DNA of 64,000 bases from IMG/VR virus record IMGVR_UViG_3300020156_000368; one strand, 5' to 3'. The stretch's first letter is position 1; every line of letters starts with the position of its first letter. The notes under the pieces are model-generated. The model searched no databases, was not told where the DNA came from, and saw only the letters and a list, made by a program, of their open reading frames with translations. The DNA comes from an uncultured virus (IMG/VR IMGVR_UViG_3300020156_000368) (Duplodnaviria; Heunggongvirae; Uroviricota; Caudoviricetes). The position numbers and the translations under genes are program-made. This document shows positions 10,701 to 19,211 of this stretch, piece after piece.

Positions 10701-11619
10701 GTGGAACAACAGCGAAAAGGCGCGGCTTTCCACATTAGGTTTTGAAGTTGGAAAGTTGTTTTCAAAGTCTGGAGATACGGCAACAGGTTACACGCAAGCG
10801 CAAATCCAATTAGGATATAATGGGAATACCTATCCTCATTTTATCCACTCTCGTCATAGTCCAACATCTGATCAAAATGCAATAGACTTTTATACCTGTG
10901 ATGGAACAAACGCTGGTGTGTATCCAACCAATGCTGTGCATAATATGACAATGCGTGGTGGCAAGATTGGTATTGGTGGAGTAACTTCTCCTACAACCGC
11001 CCTAGAAGTAAGTGGGACCGTTACAGCAACCGCGTTTGTAGGAGATGGTTCTGGTCTTACTGGAATAAGTGGAGGTTCGGGAGATTCTCCTATTGGATTA
11101 CATACAATATACTATCCCGCTAACGCTATGTTCCCAAGAACAGATAATGGAGCAGGCGCTCTTGTATACGTCCAAGTTAACTCAACTGGTCCAAACTTCC
11201 CAGCCCTTCTATTTAACGGAACAACAGATTCTTATGCTCAATTTACTGTAGCAATGCCAAAATCATGGGATGAGTCAACAGTTACGGTTCAGTTTATATG
11301 GTCTCATGCTTCTGGAGCAACAACATATAATGTTACATGGGCAGCAAAGGCAGTATGTATTGGGAATAGCGCGTCCATGAATACTAGCTACGGCACGGCA
11401 GTTACAGTTGCATCAAGTGGTGGAACGGCAGACACTTTATATACATCGGCTATTTCATCTTCACTAACAGTGGCAGGAACTCCTAATTCAGGCGGAGTTA
11501 CCTATATTAGCTTTGAGATAAATAGAGTCACTGCCGATGCATCGGATGATCTTGATGTAGATGCTAGACTTCACGCAATAGCTATCTTTTACTCAACAGA
11601 TGCTGCAACTGATGATTAA
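7777..11619 (+). CDS. Tail fibre / virion structural protein
   Basis: 1280 aa, Gly/Ser/Thr-rich; VTSVNN..GEV, HDHGISDITSL and HTHSFSEI tail repeats, NTFTGTNTF repeats, internal duplication. Confidence 0.8.
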   Translation: MRIVGSDSHAQKFINNSGGQLLVGHVVSIDSSNADSRYIKFPTIEGEKYVVGVVARVSENGSTVYVIRVGYGLVYVDNTNGAIAIGDKLIAKGNNGGLAVRCNVIPPSEEYSIGIALEAYDSPTAGLIKVDLTSVTSSTAGLASAGGLSAVTSVNNQIGEVELDYTHVGAAAETHDHGISDITSLQTILDGKASTSHTHSFSEITGSLLLSQGGTGVTAVGEPGQVLATNTAGTGTEWIDMGSGSGDVITTANNVFTGTNTFRNINLNMSGSTLLAPRELTFSNFGDGNGWRLMDMLQAGWAQRNQIYSYWALELCGNQRGSIPEFIPGVLSDAAVHVKNGYASSPVLVVSGAASQSGNLQEWRNSSGTVLASISSTGALSATGLLTTSGNNTFTGTNTFNNTVTINGVRATTDLDTFAQYLELRSTTANRDTSIRLIPNGNGDRAFYSAFNTDWSVDSTNYQVVDFGVHWDQATAILQSSAGGTYSRLPLALSADGTLTQLVLNNTGSISFGGNVMVSGDGSSQASPRLFEVDLSSGEALRAFNAFQLGWGTSLQITSYWGVEIHGNRQTGGVPAYRTGVSSDASLLVAGYTTTAPVVVVQGAASQSGNLQEWKNSTGTVLASVSAAGSFVGSGSGLTSIPDSALTTNIAKLNGTNIFTGSNSFNGGTNTLNVGSGNNYTTYDYFNVRAGSGNSGSLGLYDGAGNRVIMQSAVASSITNAGDAIFAAFASGSRFRILVNGQTASNEQAMHVSSNGVGINKRLRVGYNAEPTPPSSGAYIQVSASESASSATLTGQSVSWTATHTTGTMTNAYGVLINAPTKPGAGVITNAYGLYVAAPTVATNNYSAYFAGTTHFAGSITSSASNTWTGTNTFSNNDGIIIKDAGGGGLKIYPNTLDGPRRVWNFYQQSVNNGITYELVPNGTANFSRFTANGSDVMAVPANFRKFDLGFNNSGQLEIHTRAGGTGVTDDIRFMWNNSEKARLSTLGFEVGKLFSKSGDTATGYTQAQIQLGYNGNTYPHFIHSRHSPTSDQNAIDFYTCDGTNAGVYPTNAVHNMTMRGGKIGIGGVTSPTTALEVSGTVTATAFVGDGSGLTGISGGSGDSPIGLHTIYYPANAMFPRTDNGAGALVYVQVNSTGPNFPALLFNGTTDSYAQFTVAMPKSWDESTVTVQFIWSHASGATTYNVTWAAKAVCIGNSASMNTSYGTAVTVASSGGTADTLYTSAISSSLTVAGTPNSGGVTYISFEINRVTADASDDLDVDARLHAIAIFYSTDAATDD

Positions 11620-11681
11620 AATGAATAAATATTTCGAAATTCTCTATTAAAAGAGAATGTATAATAACTTTTTGGTTAACA

Positions 11682-12014
11682 ATGTTCCCCTTTTTTAAAT
11701 CCATTAAATACACGCAAATGACTATTGATCGTTTTGTGGCTGATCCCCTATGGCGTAATGTGTACCATGAATCAGCAGCCAAATGGTATAACACCAAAGT
11801 TATTGGCGGATATCTTGTTAAAGATGACGATTATACTCCACGTCACTTCAACATAGTAGTTGATCTAATCGCGCATATTTTCCGCAACGGCGAAGCGCTT
11901 GGAGAGCCAATGAACCAAATGATTAAAGATAGAGTCAGCAAAATCAATTGGAACAAAGTAGTAAATGCATTGGACGAACAATTCAAAAATGGCAAATTTA
12001 AAAAGAGAGAATAA
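11682..12014 (+). CDS. Hypothetical protein
   Basis: ORF downstream of a GAATAA-N14-TCTA motif. Confidence 0.6.
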   Translation: MFPFFKSIKYTQMTIDRFVADPLWRNVYHESAAKWYNTKVIGGYLVKDDDYTPRHFNIVVDLIAHIFRNGEALGEPMNQMIKDRVSKINWNKVVNALDEQFKNGKFKKRE

Positions 12015-12040
12015 AATTCCAGCTTAATGGTAACTAAGGC

Positions 12041-12361
12041 ATGGCTATAAGAGTCGAGAGACGTAAAATCATAGAAGCACTGCAAGAGCACGATGAAGTT
12101 GAAATTCGTGCTTGTGGTAATTCAATGACCCCAATAATTTATACAGGTGATTTGATAACGCTATCTTCAGATATTTCAAACATTGAGGTTGGCGATGCTG
12201 TATTTTGCAAAGTCAGAGGCAACAAATTCTGCCACAAGGTTACAGCAATAAGAGGCAATCAATATCAAATCTCAAACAACCACGGACATGTGAACGGCTG
12301 GATAACCAAAAATGCGATTTATGGAAAGATGGTCAAGGTGGAGAGAGGCAAGAAGGGTTAA
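12041..12361 (+). CDS. S24/S26 peptidase-like protein
   Basis: GNSMTPII..GD...GDAV...HKV motif. Confidence 0.7.
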   Translation: MAIRVERRKIIEALQEHDEVEIRACGNSMTPIIYTGDLITLSSDISNIEVGDAVFCKVRGNKFCHKVTAIRGNQYQISNNHGHVNGWITKNAIYGKMVKVERGKKG

Positions 12362-12422
12362 AAAAGCCTCTTCTCTTTCTGATATATGTAAGTTAAAAAA
12401 CCCAGTGATCCAATTTACTTAC

Positions 12423-12539
12423 ATGCATACTCGTGATCATTCATGTTATACATGTGGATATGAGTTTACTCATTATTTTCACATCCACGAATCCCAGCAT
12501 TGTCCTAACTGTAAATTATTTGAAAAGGAAACGTCTTAA
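12423..12539 (+). CDS. Small Zn-ribbon protein
   Basis: CYTCGYEF...CPNC; 3' part of the listed ORF 12312-12539. Confidence 0.4.
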   Translation: MHTRDHSCYTCGYEFTHYFHIHESQHCPNCKLFEKETS

Positions 12540-12545
12540 AAGTAA

Positions 12546-13019
12546 ATGATTAACACAACTTCAACTAAGAAAGATAGGTTGACAAGATCGCGTCAAGCTG
12601 GATGCTTGGGGTTGGTTCTTGCACTAATTGTAATATTTGTCGGTATTCAGTCTGCATGGGATACTCCCGATAAAGTTGTTCGTATTGATGATATAGCCGA
12701 AGTCTATTATGATAGTTTTGATAATTATAGATACCTAGTACGCCAGCATGATGGCTCTATGAAAATGGAATCAAGATCATATATGAGAGCCGATGTTCGT
12801 ATTTATGATGATACTCCAAGCGAAGATAAAATGTACGCACTTGAGTATCATAATGCAACATGGCTACATACTTATTCCGTAGATCGAGTTGAAATTCATA
12901 TCCACAAAACTTCGTCGCTAAAAGCTGGAGAAATTAGAAACTCTCATTCCTATAAACCCAAAGAAATAAAAAGGATTATCCATGAGCCTGGAAACAATTA
13001 TTCAAGAACTACGTACTGA
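12546..13019 (+). CDS. Membrane-anchored hypothetical protein
   Basis: One N-terminal hydrophobic helix. Confidence 0.65.
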   Translation: MINTTSTKKDRLTRSRQAGCLGLVLALIVIFVGIQSAWDTPDKVVRIDDIAEVYYDSFDNYRYLVRQHDGSMKMESRSYMRADVRIYDDTPSEDKMYALEYHNATWLHTYSVDRVEIHIHKTSSLKAGEIRNSHSYKPKEIKRIIHEPGNNYSRTTY

Positions 13020-13245
13020 AAATGAACGCGCCCATGCAATTTGGGGCGGACCAGAACATGATGATCAACATGATCAACATGATTGGACTAGATATATAAT
13101 GGTCTACTTAGGAAAGCTGTCAAAAGATAATGTGCCCGATGAATATTATCGGGAATGCATGCTAAAGATTGCTAACCTTGCAGTGGCATCAATAGAATCA
13201 CTTGATCGAAAGAATCCTGAAGCTAAAGGCATTATGTACGAGTGA
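12982..13245 (+). CDS. Hypothetical protein, possibly MazG-like helical fold
   Basis: WGG.EHDD...DW..YI...KIANLAVASIE. Confidence 0.6.
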   Translation: MSLETIIQELRTENERAHAIWGGPEHDDQHDQHDWTRYIMVYLGKLSKDNVPDEYYRECMLKIANLAVASIESLDRKNPEAKGIMYE

Positions 13246-13376
13246 AAAACAGCAAACCAAAGCCATTGAGCCGTGAATTTTTACTTAAGCGTGGCTTTTG
13301 TTGTAGATGCGGTTGTGTAAATTGCCCGTGGGATTTTAAAAAGATACAGGATAAAGAAGTAGATAAAGGAAAGTAA
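13242..13376 (+). CDS. Small Cys-rich DUF5522-like protein (absent from the ORF track)
   Basis: GTG start; MKNSKPKPLSREFLLKRGFCCRCGCVNCPW. Confidence 0.7.
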   Translation: MKNSKPKPLSREFLLKRGFCCRCGCVNCPWDFKKIQDKEVDKGK

Positions 13377-13434
13377 ACAGAATGGCTAAGACTCTCGATT
13401 TCCTCTAGGTAAATAAACCTAGAGGGAGTAAAAG

Positions 13435-13809
13435 ATGCACATATCAAACAAGTACGTCCCATTTGGAAGAGGGCGCAAAATTTGGGCATGCTGGAAGGCA
13501 CACCCAAAAACTCTGCGTGGAGAACAAGCGGAATGGTACACAAAGTACCTTGCATGGGGGTGGAAGCACTATTTAGCCTATGCACAGGAAGAACCACAGC
13601 CATGGGAGACTAACACCCAGTTCGGAGCATATCCTAAAGACAATGGGGCGTGGGCTGGAAACCGCTTTACCAGAGTAAAAGACGAGAAGCGTAGAAATAA
13701 TAAAATTCATCGCCAGAGAGAAAGATGCCTCACAGATCGTTACCTTAAAAAAGGTGACTACGAAGATGATATAGAGGGATTTTATATCTCTACTGGCTAT
13801 TGGGATTAA
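13435..13809 (+). CDS. Basic hypothetical protein
   Basis: GGGAG RBS inside a hairpin; Arg/Lys/Trp-rich. Confidence 0.7.
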   Translation: MHISNKYVPFGRGRKIWACWKAHPKTLRGEQAEWYTKYLAWGWKHYLAYAQEEPQPWETNTQFGAYPKDNGAWAGNRFTRVKDEKRRNNKIHRQRERCLTDRYLKKGDYEDDIEGFYISTGYWD

Positions 13810-13815
13810 TACTAT

Positions 13816-14094
13816 ACGGGCGTGGCAGAAACGGATATGCACTCTCCAAACAACCCGAATGGCTAAGAGAGCGCCCTTAAGTGGGCGGTTTGAGAGCTTT
13901 AAGAGTACGGTAAATATAGCAGCATTGCTGCGTTCCCCGAAATTGGGCTGTGACACGGGATTTACGAATGCACCAGAAGCGAGCCTTCATTAGAAATAAT
14001 GCGGGTTGGGGAACCTTAACCCTCGCAAGGGAAGCCAGTTACCTAGAAGTGTCAGTTCAAACATATGCGGGTTCAAATCCCGCCGCCTGTACCA
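13816..14094 (+). ncRNA. tRNA-like RNA with a ~200-nt structured insert (interrupted tRNA or tmRNA-like)
   Basis: Acceptor ACGGGCG/CGCCTGT-A-CCA, Leu-like D-arm GCAG-AAACGGAT-ATGC, T-arm GCGGG-TTCAAAT-CCCGC. Confidence 0.8.
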
Positions 14095-14100
14095 TTTTAT

Positions 14101-14124
14101 GAATAAAAATATACCTCTAGTGTA
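14101..14124 (+). promoter_or_regulatory. Class I promoter motif GAATAA-N14-TGTA (representative of more than 20 sites)
   Basis: Same spacing at 1673, 3454, 15303, 21915, 23822, 29024, 29891, 37172, 48081, 52530, 60511, 60561 and minus-strand 21907, 42894. Confidence 0.85.
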
Positions 14125-14157
14125 TTTCAAGTATCAAACACACTAGAGGGATATTTT

Positions 14158-15081
14158 ATGGGTAGCTGGAGCGCAACATGTGGTGTTACAAATTTACCAA
14201 TACACGAAGGTCATGAAGTAAGGGTATTCTTTATTAGAGAAGGAAAAACGCCTGACGGAAGTGACGCAAGCTATTCAAACGAATTATGGAGTCCTCTAAC
14301 ACACGGGCTAAAAGCAGAATATAACGATTATGGAACGTATGAGTTTACTGCGTCAGAAGTCGAAAAAGAACTAGCCCTTAATGTAATAAAGCAAAATCTT
14401 ATCGAGTTAGAAGTTGGGGAAAACAAATATCACGATATAGCAGTTAAGAAAGAAGGCTTTTCTCTAAATAAAGCTGTTGAAGCAACTCGTGAAGGGCGTT
14501 TAAAAATTAATTATCCGCGTACAGTGCGAATTAATGATGAAGTGCATGGCAGTATGTGGACTATGAAAAATATTCCTACTCGGCTTGGAATTTTCGTAGT
14601 GCATGAGTTTGCATATCAAGCAATGATGAATCGCGATCAAAGAGAGATGGCGGCTTATATTAAGCCTGTAGATAATTCATATATCGATAAATTTATTGAG
14701 CAACTTGTTGAAAATTGCAAGGAAACAACCGAATATAAAGCCATGGGACTCATGAATTGGATTAATTGTGATTTTTCAGCAACGCGCCATCCATTATGCG
14801 GGATTTTAAGCAGAACTTCGGGTATGCATCTCGCTGATCTTAGTTCTTATACAATTGAGTTTTTAAAATTAGCCAAGGCAGAAAAATTCGATGCCATTAG
14901 AGAAATATGTCTTGAACTAAATGGTTACGTGGACTTCTTGGACAATATGAATTTAATGAGAAAACAGTTTATTACTCAAATTGGAGCGGGTTCCCAATGC
15001 GAAGAATATGCTCTCCATAAGCTTCTTCTCCAAAAATCTCTTGAGCATATTGAGAAAGATATAACTGATAGAGATTTTTAA
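14158..15081 (+). CDS. Hypothetical phage protein
   Basis: 307-aa ORF, N-terminal MGSWSATCGVTNLPI and YNDYG motifs. Confidence 0.8.
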   Translation: MGSWSATCGVTNLPIHEGHEVRVFFIREGKTPDGSDASYSNELWSPLTHGLKAEYNDYGTYEFTASEVEKELALNVIKQNLIELEVGENKYHDIAVKKEGFSLNKAVEATREGRLKINYPRTVRINDEVHGSMWTMKNIPTRLGIFVVHEFAYQAMMNRDQREMAAYIKPVDNSYIDKFIEQLVENCKETTEYKAMGLMNWINCDFSATRHPLCGILSRTSGMHLADLSSYTIEFLKLAKAEKFDAIREICLELNGYVDFLDNMNLMRKQFITQIGAGSQCEEYALHKLLLQKSLEHIEKDITDRDF

Positions 15082-15134
15082 TCAAGCTATTTAGCGTATA
15101 CAATCCTCATAATCATTGATTGTGAGGATTTTTT

Positions 15135-15308
15135 ATGAAAAAGGGACATGTAGTACTCCCAAAAGGCACTGTTGTTAAATTCCATGGGCTTCCTGTAATG
15201 CTTGAGCATGACGCTGTTATATATACAGGAACAGATTTGGAAGTGTGGTGCAAAGATATTCCTGAAGTGTCAGAAGAAGTAAAAGCTTTCACAGTTATAC
15301 CTGAATAA
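15135..15308 (+). CDS. Small hypothetical protein (57 aa, absent from the ORF track)
   Basis: GAGGA RBS, MKKGHVVLPKGTVVKFHGLPV..., fills the gap. Confidence 0.65.
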   Translation: MKKGHVVLPKGTVVKFHGLPVMLEHDAVIYTGTDLEVWCKDIPEVSEEVKAFTVIPE

Positions 15309-15334
15309 TTATATACTCTGCCTGTATCTCAAGC

Positions 15335-15811
15335 ATGAGATATAAACAATTCATATGCATTGCGATGGCAGCAGTTTTCCTAACGGGTTGCGGTAGTGTT
15401 ATAGAACACAAACGGAATCAAAAAGAGAAGGCTGAAAAAGAGGCTCAGCAGATCGAAGAAAATTTCGTTTCTGATATCAGGAATAAACTCTTGATCAAAG
15501 AAATGGAGCGACTTTGCAAAATTCCATTGCTGGATAAATATGAAGTTTGGTCTGTGAATAATCCGACGAATTTTACTGTGATTGGGTACGAGACTTCGCC
15601 CACGCTTTTGCGCGGATATATCTATAATGATTTAGAAGAAGGCTATGAAGTCCGTCAATACGACGAGTGGAACACAGATGAAGGATATAAATGGAAAAAC
15701 GGAGACGATTTCCCTCCTATACCTGATTTTACTACGGGCAGATTAAAAAAATACAAAACCTACGAGGAAGAAGTAAGAGGTATTTCTTATGAAGAACAAA
15801 AAGCCTATTAA
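15335..15811 (+). CDS. Putative lipoprotein
   Basis: Signal peptide with LTGC lipobox. Confidence 0.7.
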   Translation: MRYKQFICIAMAAVFLTGCGSVIEHKRNQKEKAEKEAQQIEENFVSDIRNKLLIKEMERLCKIPLLDKYEVWSVNNPTNFTVIGYETSPTLLRGYIYNDLEEGYEVRQYDEWNTDEGYKWKNGDDFPPIPDFTTGRLKKYKTYEEEVRGISYEEQKAY

Positions 15812-16025
15812 GGGCAAAAAGGCTAACGCAAAGCACCTTGCGGCACGACGCGCACAAATGCAGCATCAGTTTAAGATTATGCGTAAGTACCCTAAGAAGC
15901 TTGCACGTTACGAGAAGCAGTTTTCTGATGCTGATCAGGCTAGCACTCTGACTGAAGAAATTTTAGATTCGATTGAACCAGTTCCTGAGGCTACTGAAGC
16001 GACAGATTTACCAGCGACTAGCTAA
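15789..16025 (+). CDS. Small basic hypothetical protein
   Basis: GAGGT RBS; basic N-terminus, acidic C-terminus. Confidence 0.6.
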   Translation: MKNKKPIKGKKANAKHLAARRAQMQHQFKIMRKYPKKLARYEKQFSDADQASTLTEEILDSIEPVPEATEATDLPATS

Positions 16026-16026
16026 T

Positions 16027-16284
16027 ATGGTTGAGATTTGCGAATGGTTTATGGCTAATCGCGACATGTTACACGACTATGACTATACAAGCATCCCTGT
16101 TTTTGGTCCTCAACTACCACCAGATCATGAAAAAAATATGAGAATAAATAAACGTTTCCGTGGTACATCATATGAGGAACCACCTGCGGTCAAGCTGAAG
16201 GAAGCGGTATTTAAAATCGTGGAGAATCAGCCCGACAATCAGAACATGGTTCCGTGTCTACCAAAACCACCACAGAAAGATTAA
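16027..16284 (+). CDS. Hypothetical protein
   Basis: ATG immediately after the upstream stop. Confidence 0.55.
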   Translation: MVEICEWFMANRDMLHDYDYTSIPVFGPQLPPDHEKNMRINKRFRGTSYEEPPAVKLKEAVFKIVENQPDNQNMVPCLPKPPQKD

Positions 16285-16291
16285 TAACCAC

Positions 16292-17221
16292 ATGAAGATT
16301 TTCTTTTGTAGTAATCCAATCAATAAGTCAAAAGTTGATGAAGTATACGAAGAAGAATATAAAGCTGCGTCCGCAGCAGGCTTTAGCGTGGGCATAATTG
16401 ATCTTGAGGAAGTGGAAGAAATTGCAGCCAAAGCCGCAAAGAAAACCAACAACCCAATGCCTCAATTGCTTCATAGAGATATTGGAGACAAAGGTTCAGC
16501 CTGCTATAGAGGCTGGATGATCAAGCCTAAGGACTATCCAGGCGTGTCAGGTTTCTTTAACAAAAATGGCTTTAGTTCAGTTACCACAACTGCGGCTTAT
16601 AAAAAGTGTCATCTTTTCCCTTTGAGCTATCCTCAGATTGAAAAACTGACAGCACGTAGCTGGTGGACTGACGTTAATCCAGAGCAGGGCATTAATATGA
16701 AAACTGTTCTAGAAACCATTAAGCCATTTGGAAGCAGTCCAGTTATACTGAAAGATTATGTAAAATCACGCAAACACGAATGGAACGATGCTTGTTTTAT
16801 TCCTGATGCTTCCAATCATGAGAACGTAGAAAGAGTTGTTAACAATTTCTATCAGCGGCAAGGTGAGAATTTTGAAGGCGGTCTTGTTTTTCGAGAATTT
16901 GTAGAATTGGAAAATATCGGAACGTACTCAAAGAGTGATTTACCTTTATCTCGTGAGTTTCGTATATTTTTCTACCGTGGAAGCGTAGTTGCTGTAGCTC
17001 CGTATTGGGATGAAGGCAAATACAACAACCGTGAGGAAGTTCCTCTGGACGACTTCGCCAACATTGCCAAAAATATTGGTAGCAAGTTCTTTGCAATGGA
17101 CGTTGCAAAGCGCAAAGACGGTAGTTGGATGATTGTTGAAGTGGGTGATGGTCAAGTATCAGACATTCCTCCAGGTCTTCCAGTGAAGGATTTTTATAAT
17201 AGATTAGCAAACTTTATGTAA
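16292..17221 (+). CDS. ATP-grasp domain protein (DUF4343/R2K-like)
   Basis: YRGWM, LKDYVKSRKHEW, GGLVFREF, EFRIFF, MDVA...IVEVGDGQVS. Confidence 0.85.
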   Translation: MKIFFCSNPINKSKVDEVYEEEYKAASAAGFSVGIIDLEEVEEIAAKAAKKTNNPMPQLLHRDIGDKGSACYRGWMIKPKDYPGVSGFFNKNGFSSVTTTAAYKKCHLFPLSYPQIEKLTARSWWTDVNPEQGINMKTVLETIKPFGSSPVILKDYVKSRKHEWNDACFIPDASNHENVERVVNNFYQRQGENFEGGLVFREFVELENIGTYSKSDLPLSREFRIFFYRGSVVAVAPYWDEGKYNNREEVPLDDFANIAKNIGSKFFAMDVAKRKDGSWMIVEVGDGQVSDIPPGLPVKDFYNRLANFM

Positions 17222-17261
17222 TAAGTGAATAATTCACTGACGAGTTTGCATGATATATGAT

Positions 17262-17340
17262 GCAAGTGTCGCATAGTGGTCCATTGCACCTGCCTTCCAA
17301 GCAGGAATGATCGTGGGTTCGAATCCCACCACTTGCTCCA
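17262..17340 (+). tRNA. tRNA-Gly(UCC)
   Basis: GCAAGTG/CACTTGC acceptor, CCTGC-CTTCCAA-GCAGG anticodon arm, GTGGG-TTCGAAT-CCCAC T-arm, U73, encoded CCA. Confidence 0.95.
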
Positions 17341-17359
17341 TTTTTTAAAGGCGGCAAAG

Positions 17360-17557
17360 ATGCCAAACTACGTAGTAACACTCAAGGATGATGCAACAGC
17401 GAACACGGTTTGCGTTAGCGATACCGTTGTTGTAAAAGATGATCTTAATGCTGTTGGCGTTGTTTTAATAGACTGCACTTCAGAAGATGCAGAACTCATT
17501 CGAAATCAACAGGAAGTAATTGCTGTTGAAGAAGAAGTAACTTACAAGGCGCTTTAA
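17360..17557 (+). CDS. Small protein resembling an I9/protease-propeptide domain
   Basis: YVVTLKD...V.AVEEE pattern; start moved to 17360 because the longer ORF overlaps the tRNA. Confidence 0.5.
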   Translation: MPNYVVTLKDDATANTVCVSDTVVVKDDLNAVGVVLIDCTSEDAELIRNQQEVIAVEEEVTYKAL

Positions 17558-17568
17558 AAGAGCATAAG

Positions 17569-17802
17569 ATGGAACAAACTTATATTGGAACAGCATCATT
17601 AGGCATGTTTGCCGCAGGTTCAAAATCGGAACATTTAGCTGTTTTCCTAAATACAGATAATAAGCGATATAAAATTCGTACTGTTGGCGGCAAGCCCTTT
17701 ACTGATGATAGTCTAAACAAGTATATAGGCAAAACAATTGCATGCACTGGATATATTGAAGATTACTTGTTGATAACAACCAAAATTGAAATAAAAGAAT
17801 AG
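17569..17802 (+). CDS. Hypothetical protein
   Basis: GSKSEH.AV...GGKPF motif; packed ORF. Confidence 0.65.
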   Translation: MEQTYIGTASLGMFAAGSKSEHLAVFLNTDNKRYKIRTVGGKPFTDDSLNKYIGKTIACTGYIEDYLLITTKIEIKE

Positions 17803-17806
17803 ATTA

Positions 17807-19195
17807 ATGAGAATAGCTATTGCCAAGTTGTCCGAGCACGTGGGCAAAGAAGTAAATATTGCTGGATGGGTAAACGTTCGCAGGGATCATGGGAAATTGA
17901 TTTTTGTCGAACTGCGTGATAGCACTGGACTAATTCAGTCAATTATTACCCCAGCTTCCGAGAAAGCCTATGAAATTGCAACTCAAGTTCGTAACGAATG
18001 GGTTGTGTCAGTTAAGGGAATCGTTAAAGATCGTCCTGCCAAGATGGTTAAGAGCGGTGTTATCAATGGTAGCATTGAGCTTGAAATCACTGATATTAAT
18101 ATCTTGAACGAAGCTATGGCTCCAGGAATCGACATCCATAATGACGGTTATGGCATCTTGGAAGAAGTTCGCATGGCTCAGAGACATCTTGATTTGCGTC
18201 GTTCTCGCATGCAAAGAAATCTTCGCAAACGTTCTCAGGTTAATTCGATTATTCGCAAATACTTGGGTGAGCGCCAGTTTATTGAAGTTGAAACTCCATT
18301 ACTCACTAAATCCACACCAGAGGGTGCAAGAGATTTTGTTGTTCCTAGTAGGCAGCAGTATTCTTCGTTTTATGCACTTCCTCAGTCTCCGCAGCAATAT
18401 AAGCAGCTACTAATGGCTTCTGGTGTTGAGAAATATTATCAAATAGCGCGTTGTTTTCGCGATGAAGGCTCTCGTGCTGATCGTCAGCCAGAATTTACAC
18501 AGCTTGATATGGAATTAGCTTTCACTGAAAGAGAAGAAATTCTGAGGTTAAACGAAAGCCTTTTAATTCAGGTTGTTCGCTCTGCTTTCCCTGAAAAAAA
18601 GATTCAATCAATTCCATTTCCGCGCCTCACCTATAAAGAGGCAATTGAGAAATATGGAACAGATTGTCCTGATTTGCGAGAAAACAAAAGTGACCCGAAT
18701 GAGTTGGCATTTTGCTGGATAGTGGACTATCCGTTTTTCAAAGTAGATAGAAAAACAGGTAATTTTACATTTACTCACAATCCCTTTTCTGCGCCAATTC
18801 CTGAGCATGAAGAGATGTTTGCGAAGCGCGAAAATATACTGGAAATTACAGCTAATCAATACGACATTGTATTAAATGGATTTGAAATTGGTGGCGGAAG
18901 TATTCGTAACCATCGACCTGAAAATCTTCAAGCTGTATTTGAAATCATGGGATATTCCAAAGAGCGCATAATGCAAAATTTTGGTCATATGTTAACAGCC
19001 CTTAGCTCAGGCGCTCCGCCACATGGCGGTATTGCGTGGGGGATTGACAGAGTAATGTCCATTCTTCTAAACGAACCTAGTATTAGAGAAGTTATTGCTT
19101 TTCCCAAAACAGGTGAAGGTTATGATTTATTCATGAGTGCTCCATCGCAAATAGATAAAACCCAGCTAAAAGAACTAGGCATTACATTTAAGTAG
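17807..19195 (+). CDS. aspS: Aspartyl-tRNA synthetase, bacterial type lacking the GAD insertion
   Basis: OB fold RRDHG..F..LRD; TPEGARDF, LPQSPQQYKQLLM, FRDE..RADRQPEFTQLDME, GGGSIR, PPHGGIAWGIDR. Confidence 0.95.
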   Translation: MRIAIAKLSEHVGKEVNIAGWVNVRRDHGKLIFVELRDSTGLIQSIITPASEKAYEIATQVRNEWVVSVKGIVKDRPAKMVKSGVINGSIELEITDINILNEAMAPGIDIHNDGYGILEEVRMAQRHLDLRRSRMQRNLRKRSQVNSIIRKYLGERQFIEVETPLLTKSTPEGARDFVVPSRQQYSSFYALPQSPQQYKQLLMASGVEKYYQIARCFRDEGSRADRQPEFTQLDMELAFTEREEILRLNESLLIQVVRSAFPEKKIQSIPFPRLTYKEAIEKYGTDCPDLRENKSDPNELAFCWIVDYPFFKVDRKTGNFTFTHNPFSAPIPEHEEMFAKRENILEITANQYDIVLNGFEIGGGSIRNHRPENLQAVFEIMGYSKERIMQNFGHMLTALSSGAPPHGGIAWGIDRVMSILLNEPSIREVIAFPKTGEGYDLFMSAPSQIDKTQLKELGITFK

Positions 19196-19211
19196 CCTTG
19201 ACAGATAATAG

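Noticed and set aside
7848..11251. Short antisense and alternate-frame ORFs inside the fibre gene (and similar nested ORFs across the window)
   Set aside because: Shadow frames of well-supported genes, with no RBS or motifs.
13380..13868. 12-bp direct repeat GAATGGCTAAGA at 13380 and 13857 as att or target-site duplication
   Set aside because: No integrase or transposase nearby, and a single 12-mer pair can arise by chance.
13573..13956. Minus-strand 127-aa ORF
   Set aside because: Antisense to a + strand gene and the tRNA-like RNA; no recognisable motifs.
17276..17359. 5' extension of ORF 17276-17557
   Set aside because: It overlaps tRNA-Gly; ATG 17360 is the plausible start.
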